A stretch of 64,000 nucleotides of DNA. It comes from a virus. The stretch spans positions 32,001 through 96,000 of the IMG/VR virus record IMGVR_UViG_3300025072_002799. One strand, 5' to 3'. Under the pieces are notes generated by a model. That model was not told where the DNA came from, searched no databases, and worked only from the letters and a program-made list of their open reading frames with translations. Below, piece after piece: positions 21,355 through 31,057 of the stretch. Each line of letters begins with the position of its first letter. Positions within the stretch are counted from its first letter, which is position 1. A program made the translations under genes and the position numbers.

Positions 21355-21672
21355 ATGTTTATTACCGATTACATAAAAGTCAAAGACAAATACCTGCTAT
21401 GCTACTTTGGATCTGATGAAAAGTGCATAAACCAATTAATATATTTACGCCCACTGATTGAAAAAGAATTCCCAGGCATTACAATATTCCTATCATTCTC
21501 TGACAGGATACTAGAAAGCAATTTCATCAAAAGATCAAAAATAGATAAGTACGAATGCAAAAAATATGCTTATGTTAGATCTCTAAAAGGAGAAGATCCA
21601 ATAAGACAATTGTTGGAAGAGTCTCATTTATGCCATTTGAATAAAGAATTGCCAACTGAATTGCGTATATAA
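21355..21672 (+). CDS. Hypothetical protein
   Basis: ORF filling the gap. The ATG at 21355 is preferred over the TTG at 21289. Confidence 0.45.
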   Translation: MFITDYIKVKDKYLLCYFGSDEKCINQLIYLRPLIEKEFPGITIFLSFSDRILESNFIKRSKIDKYECKKYAYVRSLKGEDPIRQLLEESHLCHLNKELPTELRI

Positions 21673-21724
21673 ACTTGTAAGCTGGAGTATTAGTAAGGCT
21701 CAATTATTCACAGGGAGTATACAA

Positions 21725-22345
21725 ATGAGCGTATTTAGAGTAAAATTAAACAACACCGACCAGGGAGTAATGGATCTTGATCCAAGCACCGCATCTGCTG
21801 ACGTGTTGGGAAGTCAAATGGACCCTTCGATTCAACGTAGCGTATACGTAATGGGACCAAATCTAATCAATCGTCTTTTGGTTGATGGTTCAACTTTCAC
21901 CGACTGCAATTACTGGAAGCGTTTTGCGTATCCACAAGTTGCTTTGAATGAAGCAATTGTTGAAGTTGTAACCGATGACGGAAGCGTATATTCTGACGTT
22001 GCATCAGAAAACACCTTCCCAGTTGTGTATGATCGTAGCATTGCTGCGGCTGACACCTATGGTGACAACGAAATTGACATCGTAACTGATCATGGCGGAT
22101 ATGCTGTCTTCACCCAGATCACCAATCAGGAAACTGCTGGTGGCGGATTGGACATCAAGGTTGGTCTTAATGGTAGCGTTGGTACGCCAGCAGCCATCTT
22201 CGACCTAGTAGCTGGCGACACTCAGATTTTCAACGCTGGTGACTTGAGCGTAAGCTTGATCCAGTTTGATAATAGTGTTTCTGGTGCCGGTGGCCCAGTT
22301 GATGTTCAGGTTCTTCTATCTGTTCGTTCGGTATGCAATAGCTAA
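21725..22345 (+). CDS. Putative highly expressed virion protein
   Basis: Strong SD, a TATATAA box upstream, its own terminator, and acidic beta-rich composition. Confidence 0.5.
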   Translation: MSVFRVKLNNTDQGVMDLDPSTASADVLGSQMDPSIQRSVYVMGPNLINRLLVDGSTFTDCNYWKRFAYPQVALNEAIVEVVTDDGSVYSDVASENTFPVVYDRSIAAADTYGDNEIDIVTDHGGYAVFTQITNQETAGGGLDIKVGLNGSVGTPAAIFDLVAGDTQIFNAGDLSVSLIQFDNSVSGAGGPVDVQVLLSVRSVCNS

Positions 22346-22369
22346 ACCAAGCTATAAAACCAAAATAAG

Positions 22370-22397
22370 AAAGCTCAGCGAAAGCTGGGCTTTTTTT
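22370..22397 (+). terminator. Rho-independent terminator
   Basis: AAGCTCAGC-GAAA-GCTGGGCTT followed by a T-run. Confidence 0.85.
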
Positions 22398-22420
22398 ATG
22401 CACCAACATAAATAACTTTA

Positions 22421-22918
22421 ATGCATTATTATAAAATACTAGAAGTTCCAATTACGGCGACAACAGAAGAAATAAATGTTGCTTACAGAAATCTTGCAAT
22501 CAAATACCACCCAGATTCAAGCAAAGACCCAAATAGCGTTAAAAAATTCAAAGAAATAGCTGCCGCTCATGAAACCTTAAGTGACAAAGGAAAGCGTGCG
22601 CAATACAATCTGAGATATTCAATATTAATATCACCGCCTCCAAAACAAAGACCAGTTCAAAAACCTTCGTCCAAGCCAAAGCCAACTCCTAAGCCAACTC
22701 CTAAGCCAAAATCTGACCCTCAAAAACAGTATCCTCACAATGTCCATACAATTAATGATGCAAATAAACCAATACCACCGGATTTGAGAGGGACATCATT
22801 AAATGGAGATGTTGGAACTGTAGATTTATGGAAACAATCTGGGCTTGAGGAATATGAAAAGCCTGCCTTTCAATATTATAAAAAACAACCACGACAATCA
22901 AATTTCATTGATCCATAA
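22421..22918 (+). CDS. J-domain (DnaJ-like) protein with Pro/Lys linker
   Basis: 'YYKILEV...AYRNLAIKYHPD...FKEI..AHETLSD..KRAQY' with an intact HPD motif. Confidence 0.9.
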   Translation: MHYYKILEVPITATTEEINVAYRNLAIKYHPDSSKDPNSVKKFKEIAAAHETLSDKGKRAQYNLRYSILISPPPKQRPVQKPSSKPKPTPKPTPKPKSDPQKQYPHNVHTINDANKPIPPDLRGTSLNGDVGTVDLWKQSGLEEYEKPAFQYYKKQPRQSNFIDP

Positions 22919-22932
22919 ACTCTTTTAATTAC

Positions 22933-23889
22933 ATGATAATTAAGAGATCTCTGAAACAATCAAATAAACCAGAAGATTTATCTATAAAAGACTTTTACCA
23001 AATGAGAAACAAGGTATTGGTCTTAAGACAAACTGGTGGCATAGGAGACATTCTTATGCAAAGAATGATGTTTGAGGATTTTAAACGTATATTCCCAGAG
23101 TCGCACATAACTTATTCATGCCCAAGCAAGTACAAATCACTAGCAATGAATCACCCGTTCATTGATGAATGGCTTCCATCTGAAGATATTGACCTGTCAA
23201 AGTATCTACTGTATTTCAACATCACAACTGCATGTAATCGTCACGAAATGAGAGTTGCACCATTAAGCGATAAACATAGAAGCGATATATGGGCAAATAA
23301 TTGTGGAGCCATTCTATCTAACCACAATATGCACATTACAATTGAAGAAGAAAATAAAAAATACGCCCAAGAAAGGCTAAAAGAATTAAACACTGAAGGA
23401 AAACCAACCGTATGTTTTTGCCCAATATCTGCGATGTTGGGCAAAAACCTGCAAAGCGAGCAAATAACAGACACAGTTAAAGGTCTTTGGGATATGGGTC
23501 TTTTTGTTTATTCAACTCACATCAGAGATATTCCAGAACTTACTAAACTAAAAGTGCCAGTAATCAAGGATATATCCGTATCTCAGTGGATGGGAGTCAT
23601 TGATGCTGCTGACCATGTTGTTAGTGTTGATACTGGAGCATTTCATTTAAGTGGGGGACTCGGAAAGCCATTAGTTGGGGTTTTTGGATGGACTGATGGA
23701 AAGGTGTATGGGCGTTATTATAAATTCGCTTTGGTACAAAGACACAGAGATGATGGCGATTGGGATTGCGGACCTTGCTACAGTTGGCATGGATGTCCTA
23801 AGGAAAGGCAAAACAGAAGAAAACCCTGCATTACCAGCATTACGGCAGATAACATACTAAAAGCGACAGAGCAAATACTGGATAAATAG
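22933..23889 (+). CDS. Glycosyltransferase family 9 (heptosyltransferase-like)
   Basis: 'GGIGDILM', 'VSVDTGAFHLSGGLGKPLVGVFG' and a C-terminal 'CGPC...C...C'. Confidence 0.88.
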   Translation: MIIKRSLKQSNKPEDLSIKDFYQMRNKVLVLRQTGGIGDILMQRMMFEDFKRIFPESHITYSCPSKYKSLAMNHPFIDEWLPSEDIDLSKYLLYFNITTACNRHEMRVAPLSDKHRSDIWANNCGAILSNHNMHITIEEENKKYAQERLKELNTEGKPTVCFCPISAMLGKNLQSEQITDTVKGLWDMGLFVYSTHIRDIPELTKLKVPVIKDISVSQWMGVIDAADHVVSVDTGAFHLSGGLGKPLVGVFGWTDGKVYGRYYKFALVQRHRDDGDWDCGPCYSWHGCPKERQNRRKPCITSITADNILKATEQILDK

Positions 23890-23903
23890 CATATATAAGA
23901 ATT

Positions 23904-24146
23904 ATGGCTCAATTAGTAAAATCACAACAAGTACAGGTCACTACGTCTAAGGGCGAGTGTCACATCACTTTGGATATAAACATCACTCTTAACCACCAAG
24001 GATTAATCCAACAGGTTGGCGTAGATGCTACGGAAGCTACTATGATAGATAAGAAGGAAAAAAAGGACCCAGAAGAAGAGAAGTTCAAATGGGAAATACC
24101 CGATTTTGAAGATGGTCCATCAGAAAAAATTGATTTTGGTAAATGA
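23904..24146 (+). CDS. Small hypothetical protein upstream of the actin-like gene
   Basis: ORF preceded by an ATATATA box and co-oriented with the ATPase gene. Confidence 0.6.
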   Translation: MAQLVKSQQVQVTTSKGECHITLDINITLNHQGLIQQVGVDATEATMIDKKEKKDPEEEKFKWEIPDFEDGPSEKIDFGK

Positions 24147-24162
24147 TTAAAAGGAGATAGTT

Positions 24163-25173
24163 ATGAGTGCTCGCGGAATGGACATGGGGACGTACAATTT
24201 AATTGCTTGTCATCGTGATGATAATGGAGATTTCGTACACAAGAGGGAAATCAATGCTTTTTTGGAATTGCCACTAGAAGAAAGATTTGTTTTCAACATG
24301 ATGAAAAAGTCTGGCGTCCCTCTCATTGAACGTGAAAAGGTTGCATACGCTTTGGGCGAAGCTGCCGTAAAGATGGCTTATACAATGCCTAATATAGATT
24401 TAAAACGCCCAATGAAAGATGGGTGTTTGAATCCTCAAGAAAAAGATGCTATGAATATCATAAAAGTTATGATTCACAGTTTGATAGGCGAAATTGAAGA
24501 AGATGGAACATTAATTTATTACTCTATTCCGGCTAACGCCATCAACGAGGAAACCGATGCCGATTATCATTCAGAAGTTTTGGCTTCCATATTGAGATCT
24601 TATAGTTCATCAGATGGTTACAAACTAGATCCAAGACCAATCAATGAAGGTTTGGCTTTGGTGTTTTCTGAGTTGGGAGAAAAGCAATTTACGGGAATTG
24701 GAATTAGTTGTGGCGCAGGAATGGTGAACGTATGCTTTTCCGTATTTTCCCACCCAGTGTTTAGCTTCTCAATTGTCAATAGTGGAGACTGGATTGACAA
24801 GATGGCTGCTAAAGCGGCTGGAGAGAATGCAACATATATAAATCAAAGAAAAATGACTGTTGCCCTGGATAAAGAGCCAGAAGATATTGTTGAAAGAGCC
24901 ATTCAAACCCAATACAGATTGATGATTATGAATACAGTCAAACACATAAAGGAAGGTTTGTCCGATGCAGGCAAAAAGGCTCGTACTGGCGCACCAATAG
25001 ATATTGTTATCGCTGGTGGAACGTCTTCTCCTCAAGGATTCGACACATTGTTTGCAGAAGTCCTTAAAGAGATGGACCTGCCAATTGATGTAGGAAATAT
25101 AATTCGCCCCAAAGATCCGCTTTACAGTGTAGCGAAAGGTTGCTTAATTGCAGCAGAAAACTCTGTGTCTTAA
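24163..25173 (+). CDS. Actin-superfamily ATPase (volactin/MreB/ParM-like)
   Basis: Phosphate-1 'GMDMGT', connect-1 'PINEGLA', phosphate-2 'ISCGAGMVN', adenosine 'IAGGTS' and connect-2 'DPLYSVAKG'. Confidence 0.88.
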   Translation: MSARGMDMGTYNLIACHRDDNGDFVHKREINAFLELPLEERFVFNMMKKSGVPLIEREKVAYALGEAAVKMAYTMPNIDLKRPMKDGCLNPQEKDAMNIIKVMIHSLIGEIEEDGTLIYYSIPANAINEETDADYHSEVLASILRSYSSSDGYKLDPRPINEGLALVFSELGEKQFTGIGISCGAGMVNVCFSVFSHPVFSFSIVNSGDWIDKMAAKAAGENATYINQRKMTVALDKEPEDIVERAIQTQYRLMIMNTVKHIKEGLSDAGKKARTGAPIDIVIAGGTSSPQGFDTLFAEVLKEMDLPIDVGNIIRPKDPLYSVAKGCLIAAENSVS

Positions 25174-25199
25174 AGTCAATTAGAAAAGTAGGAGATAAG

Positions 25200-26051
25200 A
25201 TGGGAAATGAGAAAAAGGTGTATGTCGATGACATAAGTTGCATGCAGCCAAAGTTAAGAAAGTCATCAGTGATTTCTACAAGGGAATTCAATGATACCTT
25301 AAGTGATGAAGATGTTGACTATAACGAAAGGTTGGTTAAAGCATCATTGGAATTTAAGGTAACGCCAGAAAAAATAAAAAAAGTAATTTGTCCTGAGTTG
25401 TCGGCTAAAAAGATGTGTGAAAGTCCAGCTTATGAAAATTTTGGAGATTCGGAAAAGGATTTTGGAAAAGATGGTGTAATCGACTTAAACAAAGGCATTC
25501 CAATAACAGGTCACGATGGAGTGCCATCTCGTGATCCTGGCGGAGTATTGCCAGGAACGGGTGGAGGAACCACAGTAGATGAGTACGTCCATCTTAGAAA
25601 TTTGATTAAACATGCTTATGGACATAATTCAGCAACTATCATACCTGATAAAAAGCCAGAAATGTACGAATTCAAAGAATGGACTGAGGAAGAGTTGAAT
25701 TCACTTAAAGAAAAGGAGGGATATTTCGAATTGTCGATGACATATGAAAATGATGATGATTTATCAATGCATGAAATATTTGAAATTGCAAATGGTCCAG
25801 AAGACAGTGAATGTTACAAAAATTTGATTTCAGACTTAAATGAAGAGTTTCCAAAAATGGACTTTACGTGGATCTGCGCAGATCTATCAATTGAATGGAA
25901 GTCTGGGATATTGAATGGGAACAAAGTAATAACGGCTATCAATAAGCCTATTGTTGACGAACTAAAACAAACGCTTGAAAAGATAATGGATGATGAAACA
26001 AAAGTATACGATATTGTAAAGCGATCCATTATAGAAGCACTAGATTTTTAA
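25200..26051 (+). CDS. Hypothetical acidic protein
   Basis: ORF with SD GGAG and ATG at 25200. Confidence 0.55.
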   Translation: MGNEKKVYVDDISCMQPKLRKSSVISTREFNDTLSDEDVDYNERLVKASLEFKVTPEKIKKVICPELSAKKMCESPAYENFGDSEKDFGKDGVIDLNKGIPITGHDGVPSRDPGGVLPGTGGGTTVDEYVHLRNLIKHAYGHNSATIIPDKKPEMYEFKEWTEEELNSLKEKEGYFELSMTYENDDDLSMHEIFEIANGPEDSECYKNLISDLNEEFPKMDFTWICADLSIEWKSGILNGNKVITAINKPIVDELKQTLEKIMDDETKVYDIVKRSIIEALDF

Positions 26052-26069
26052 AGAAAGAAAGAGAAAGAA

Positions 26070-26525
26070 ATGGGAAAAGTTTATAAACACGTTAGCGACT
26101 TGGGAATGGCTGCTTATTTGTTGATGCATGGCTACGATGTGGCTGGCAAGAAAGGCAGATCATATTACTTCAATATCAATGAAGATGATGTAAAAGCATT
26201 AGATGATTTAACATTGGATTATTTCAATGAGAGAAACTATCATCTATTTGATCACTGCATCATGTCTATGAAGAAAGTCCTTGAAGTTAAAATGTCATCC
26301 AATTCACTTAAGTCTGTAAATGACTTAGGATTGGCTGCTTATATCTTTATGCATGATTTTGATATTGCTGGAAGACAGGGAGGGAGCTTCTTTTTCAAGG
26401 TAGAAGATAATGAATTAGAAGAAAAATTCAATAAATTGACAATGGAATATTTGTCGAGTCAATTTCATAGATTTGATCATTGCATCATGGCACTGAAAAA
26501 AGTCCCTGAGTATTCTCCTAAATAA
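26070..26525 (+). CDS. Tandem DUF5659-like domain protein
   Basis: Internal duplication of 'DLG.AAY..MH..D.AG..G.S..F...FDHCIM..KK'. Confidence 0.6.
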   Translation: MGKVYKHVSDLGMAAYLLMHGYDVAGKKGRSYYFNINEDDVKALDDLTLDYFNERNYHLFDHCIMSMKKVLEVKMSSNSLKSVNDLGLAAYIFMHDFDIAGRQGGSFFFKVEDNELEEKFNKLTMEYLSSQFHRFDHCIMALKKVPEYSPK

Positions 26526-26563
26526 AGAATATGCGACTCATATATAAATGAAAAGGGACAATT

Positions 26564-28054
26564 ATGAGAACTTTCGGACAATATCTTGAAGAAAATGCAC
26601 CTGAAGAACCAGTTATGGCCACTGCTGTGGAGCCAGTTGACTTAGATGCAAGCTTGGATGCAATGGTAAACTCTTTAGTAGTAGACCTTAAAAAACGCAT
26701 TAAATCCGCAATTCCACAAAGGGAAAAGAAGAAAAACCTTTTTGACCGATTTGGGAAGTGGTGGAAAGATATGAACGACCCAAATTATGAGACGCCCTAC
26801 ACACCTGGACATCGCATGAATCAAAATCGTGCTGCTGGGCTTCATACTGGGCAAGCCAGCGATTTGGGAGAGTCCGTGATCCCTATTGAGGTTTATAATT
26901 TCTTTAAGGAGTCTGCCGAGAAGATTTGCGAAGCAGAAGCTCATGACATAGATTCGCCAAATTTGCATGGAGATCCAAGCAGATATGGAACTTATGAATT
27001 TAGCCCAAATCCAGAAGTTGCAGCAGCAGCTAGAGCGGGAAGACAGCCTCCACAATCATCTCAGCACTTAGGTCCTGGCATGACTCATGTTGGAGGGAAT
27101 TATTATCACAATCAAGAAACAGGGAAGACTCAACAGATCAATCCAGTGGCTCAGTTGGGAATTTATTTAGATGGTGAATTTAAGAAAAAATTGAAGGGAA
27201 TATTAAGCGCCCATATGAAAAACGCACAAAGCAACAAAGACATAGAAGCTGGAAACATACCTGCCGCACCAAAAGCGCCTCAGGCTGCTGGTCCAAATGA
27301 TCCACCGACAGCACCAACAGCACCAAAGTTTTCTGATGGACCCGCTTCTGAAAGACCTCCTGTTGGACCTGGACCTTCATTAACAGATGACAAAGCAACT
27401 TCCGCTTCTTCTGCAAAGCCAGTTTTAAGTCCAAATGACGATCACAAAAAACTAGTGGCTTCTGCCGACAGCAAAAAAACAGACGAAGAAAAGGCTGAAG
27501 TGTATTTGCCAAATTACAAACAAAATCACACTGCACAAGAAGTAATGGATGCTGTAGATAAACTTATGGATGGTGGAAAAGCTTTTGATGATACAATTGT
27601 AAGTGTGCAAGATTTTAGAGATGACTTAAAAACTGTGTTAGGTGTCAAAATAAAACCTAAATCAACCCCATCTGACTTCAATCAAGTTGATGAAGATGAA
27701 AGTAGCAGTAAGTTAATCAACATGCTTGGGAACAAAAGTGATGAACAACAGGCTGAATTGCTTTCTCCTGGTTATGAAGAAAAAGGTTATAAAGTTGATG
27801 ATATTTTGCAAGGCGCTAAGAGTCTTCAACAACATGACAAGAAGAAGAAAACTGTTAAGCAATTCCGTGATGGACTTGATCAATATCTTGGATTGACAAT
27901 TGGACACGCTGAATCCAATATGGTTGACAGATACAAGCAAATGTTGAGAGAGCAAGATCTAAAAGGCTACATGACACCAGTGGTAAGATGGAAAGTGGAC
28001 GATTTGCCCGTTTCTGAACGAGCAAATTATTACCGTCAACTAATGCGTAATTAA
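26564..28054 (+). CDS. Putative internal head protein (N-terminal capsid-targeting-like tag)
   Basis: Starts MRTFGQYLEE, has a Pro-rich disordered middle, and an ATATATA box upstream. Confidence 0.5.
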   Translation: MRTFGQYLEENAPEEPVMATAVEPVDLDASLDAMVNSLVVDLKKRIKSAIPQREKKKNLFDRFGKWWKDMNDPNYETPYTPGHRMNQNRAAGLHTGQASDLGESVIPIEVYNFFKESAEKICEAEAHDIDSPNLHGDPSRYGTYEFSPNPEVAAAARAGRQPPQSSQHLGPGMTHVGGNYYHNQETGKTQQINPVAQLGIYLDGEFKKKLKGILSAHMKNAQSNKDIEAGNIPAAPKAPQAAGPNDPPTAPTAPKFSDGPASERPPVGPGPSLTDDKATSASSAKPVLSPNDDHKKLVASADSKKTDEEKAEVYLPNYKQNHTAQEVMDAVDKLMDGGKAFDDTIVSVQDFRDDLKTVLGVKIKPKSTPSDFNQVDEDESSSKLINMLGNKSDEQQAELLSPGYEEKGYKVDDILQGAKSLQQHDKKKKTVKQFRDGLDQYLGLTIGHAESNMVDRYKQMLREQDLKGYMTPVVRWKVDDLPVSERANYYRQLMRN

Positions 28055-28977
28055 TTTCCGTGTTCTGCCGTAACCCATCTGATAGTTTTGCTTTCAGATC
28101 TCATGAACACTGAGTTAGTGGTCGGTTTCGCTCTATTCCACTTAACACCTCTCAACAGACTGCCATCGGTGATTCCCGTTCCAGCAAACGCACACTCTCC
28201 TTTAACTAATTCATTTTCATCCAAAATAGGCTCAGAAGACTCTCCTTCTTTAGTGCATTCTTGACCTTGTAGCCCTCCACCCAAGCATTTGATCGCACAA
28301 GCGGACAGAATAGCCTCTGGCGAGCCTCCAATGCCATAAAGGATGTCTATGTCACTATCTGGAAGGCAAGCCGCAACAGCCCCAGAAACGTCACAATCTT
28401 GAATTAATTTAATTCTGCACCCTAGTTCTCTTAATTCTTTGATTGCCTCATGATGTCGTGGTCGATCTAAAATGCATACCAACACCTGTTCTGGCTCCTT
28501 TCCTGTTGCCGAACAAACCAATTCTATGGTTCTTTCTAGTGGGTCGTTTAATTTTAATTCTACTTTACTTGCTATTTCAGGTCCGTATGCCAACTTTCTC
28601 ATATAATACGAAGACGGACTAAACATAGCTCCTTCTAGTGCGACAGAAATGACGCTCATAGCTTCTGGTCCAGAAGTTACAGTTGGAGTTGTTCCTTCAA
28701 TTGGATCTATTGCTATATCATTGAATTTTCCGTGGTATCCATCGCATGACCCCCACCTACTTCCGATTTTCTCTCCTGCGAACAAGCCATATGACTTATC
28801 CTTTTCTCCTTCGCCTATTACAATCTTTCCAGCAAAGTCCATTCCATTAAGACGATCTCTCATTGCATCAGTAGCGGCTTTATCTGATTCTAGTTTATTT
28901 CCGCTTCCGACCCACTTTGAGCCTGCTATTGCTCCTGCTTCTGTAACTCTAATTAAATCAAGGCTTATATGTTTCAT
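28051..28977 (-). CDS. glpX: Class II fructose-1,6-bisphosphatase
   Basis: 'RVTEA.AI', 'VIGEGEKD', 'DIAIDPIEGT', 'LDRPRH', 'GIGGSPE' and 'TGITDGSLLRGV'. Confidence 0.95.
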   Translation of the reverse strand: MKHISLDLIRVTEAGAIAGSKWVGSGNKLESDKAATDAMRDRLNGMDFAGKIVIGEGEKDKSYGLFAGEKIGSRWGSCDGYHGKFNDIAIDPIEGTTPTVTSGPEAMSVISVALEGAMFSPSSYYMRKLAYGPEIASKVELKLNDPLERTIELVCSATGKEPEQVLVCILDRPRHHEAIKELRELGCRIKLIQDCDVSGAVAACLPDSDIDILYGIGGSPEAILSACAIKCLGGGLQGQECTKEGESSEPILDENELVKGECAFAGTGITDGSLLRGVKWNRAKPTTNSVFMRSESKTIRWVTAEHGN

Positions 28978-29192
28978 TGTTGTTCCGTTAATGAGTATGT
29001 TTTATTTCTAAATCGGTCACATGAAACCCAAAAGTTTCTAACGCCATCAACAACAGGAAGATGACCAGAACTTGGATGTATCCAATATTTTATTCCTGGC
29101 TTAGGATTAGACCAACATGTGTGTGGATAACCAGGAAGTATTATGCCGGGACTTGTTGTGTTTGAAGGTGGAAACCCTTTCAGAATTGCCAT
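28974..29192 (-). CDS. Hypothetical protein
   Basis: Coupled small ORF with SD GGAGGA. Confidence 0.5.
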   Translation of the reverse strand: MAILKGFPPSNTTSPGIILPGYPHTCWSNPKPGIKYWIHPSSGHLPVVDGVRNFWVSCDRFRNKTYSLTEQQ

Positions 29193-29656
29193 TAATCCTC
29201 CTCTTTGAATTTCTTAGCCAGATTAGATAGTTGATTAACATCTACAAATGGACTTTTATTTTCTGGTTCTTCTTCATCCAGCCAAGTTGGTTCTTTTTCT
29301 ATCTTTGGCATTTCAGGCTTTTGTTCTTCACGATGTGCGAATTTAGCGCCTTTCTTTTCTTCCATTTTCTTTTCATATTCATCCATGATTGCATCATAAT
29401 TGGGGTCATCTTTTTTAAGAACTTGTTCCTCTGCGAATCCGATGAGATGCGTCCAGGTGTAGAAATTCTTGCTCAAAGTTGTTGGGTGCGTAAGCCAAAT
29501 TCCCAATTCACAAATATAGTCCACTCTTCCAACGAAGTAGTCTGTCATTTGTGAATCTTTGAAGTCCCAATTTATATTAGCAACAAACATTGTTACAACT
29601 TTTCCAACAAAATAGTTGGATAAGCGATTTAGTTCTGTTTCGTTTGGTGTTTCCAT
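29192..29656 (-). CDS. Hypothetical protein
   Basis: ORF in an operon with the primase gene. Confidence 0.6.
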   Translation of the reverse strand: METPNETELNRLSNYFVGKVVTMFVANINWDFKDSQMTDYFVGRVDYICELGIWLTHPTTLSKNFYTWTHLIGFAEEQVLKKDDPNYDAIMDEYEKKMEEKKGAKFAHREEQKPEMPKIEKEPTWLDEEEPENKSPFVDVNQLSNLAKKFKEED

Positions 29657-29663
29657 AATTTCC

Positions 29664-30686
29664 TTATCTAGGATTTGGCCATTTAGTGAACGGCACTGTT
29701 GTCTTGTTGATGTATTGTTTTATTGTTTCTGGATTTATGACCTGCAACATAGCATTCCAATCTTTGAATCCTTCTGGTGGCGAAACCTGTCTAACTTCTA
29801 TTCCATTGGAATTCAAAGAATCACCAATAACCTTTAGAGCACTTTTGCCAGCACTGTCATTGTCTAATGCAATGCATACATTGAACCCACGCAACATCTC
29901 TAGCTGCTTAGGAGTTAATGTTTTGCCTCCACAGGCAACAGAGGCACGCCCACAAGCTATTGTCAGGCTAATGGAGTCCAATTCTCCTTCGGTCAAGAAT
30001 ACCCAACCATCATTCGGCCAATAAGTAAAAAATAAAACGTCTCTTTTTCCAACTCCATAGACCTCTTCTTCTGGACCGAGGTACTTTGGCTTGGCACTAT
30101 CTGAAAGATGTCTTCCATTCCAATAAATTAAATTTCCATCTTTATCGTAATATGGAATGATGATTCTATTTCTGTACTTGTCTTGAGTGCAGAATTCTAT
30201 ATTAAACTTTTCGTAATCTATTTTCCTAGATTCAAGATAGGCAATTGCTTCTGAACCTTTATAGTGTTGTGTCAATTGAGACAAAGGATATGTGAATGGA
30301 GGAAGCCTCATGTGTGGAGGCTTTTCTGGATCAATCTCTATCTTCGCTGGCTTTTTGTCAGACTTTTTATTCGCATTAAAAAAATCGTCTAGATCGCTGT
30401 AGACTTTTGACATTTCTGTTTCGCCACGGATTTGATAAACAGCCTCTTCGTAAGGCAATCCATCAACCTTCATGACTAAACCAACTAAGGTTCCTCTCTT
30501 GTCACTCTTCCAGCACCTAAACACGCCGTCTTCTCTGCCATTCTTTCCCCCATCGACATTACACCAGAGGTGATTTTTATTGTCGTCCGCAAAGGGGCTA
30601 TTAACCATGATCTCTCGACCATTGGTTTTTACATTGTCAAAACGGCTCTCAGCCCATGACAGAAAAGCATCGTAATCTATTGACAT
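29664..30686 (-). CDS. DNA primase (DnaG/gp61-like, TOPRIM)
   Basis: 'YLESRKI', 'RNRIIIPY', 'PKYL', 'LTEGELD', 'ALDNDSAG' and 'KDWN'. Confidence 0.9.
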   Translation of the reverse strand: MSIDYDAFLSWAESRFDNVKTNGREIMVNSPFADDNKNHLWCNVDGGKNGREDGVFRCWKSDKRGTLVGLVMKVDGLPYEEAVYQIRGETEMSKVYSDLDDFFNANKKSDKKPAKIEIDPEKPPHMRLPPFTYPLSQLTQHYKGSEAIAYLESRKIDYEKFNIEFCTQDKYRNRIIIPYYDKDGNLIYWNGRHLSDSAKPKYLGPEEEVYGVGKRDVLFFTYWPNDGWVFLTEGELDSISLTIACGRASVACGGKTLTPKQLEMLRGFNVCIALDNDSAGKSALKVIGDSLNSNGIEVRQVSPPEGFKDWNAMLQVINPETIKQYINKTTVPFTKWPNPR

Positions 30687-30691
30687 AATTT

Positions 30692-31057
30692 TTACTCTGT
30701 GAAGCCAGATTCCAAACTTATGAAATTGATGTCTGAACTAGAAGCCCTAACTGGGAGCAAAAATATAGCAATATCGTCAGGAAGTTTTTTGTTTGCTTTT
30801 TCTAGATCTCCAAGCAATTTATCTTTCATTCTCTCCGCAAGATTAATACCCTTTTCTGAAGAAAGTGTACCAATATTTACATTCATTGCTAAAATGCCTC
30901 TGATCTCTGTTGGATTTGCGGCATAGGGTTTGTCGTCTTCGTGCATATTTGCATCCATCTTTGCCTCCTCTTGACAATATCCGTCTGGTCTGCAATTAAA
31001 TTCTTCACCCACATATAATTCGCCACCAACGCCATTATTCAAATTTTCTGCTGCCAT
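30692..31057 (-). CDS. Hypothetical protein
   Basis: ORF between the methyltransferase and primase genes. Confidence 0.5.
   Translation of the reverse strand: MAAENLNNGVGGELYVGEEFNCRPDGYCQEEAKMDANMHEDDKPYAANPTEIRGILAMNVNIGTLSSEKGINLAERMKDKLLGDLEKANKKLPDDIAIFLLPVRASSSDINFISLESGFTE

Noticed and set aside
24163-25173. DnaK/Hsp70 partner of the nearby J-domain protein
   Set aside because: It is only 336 aa, has no substrate-binding domain, and its motifs fit filament-type actins better.
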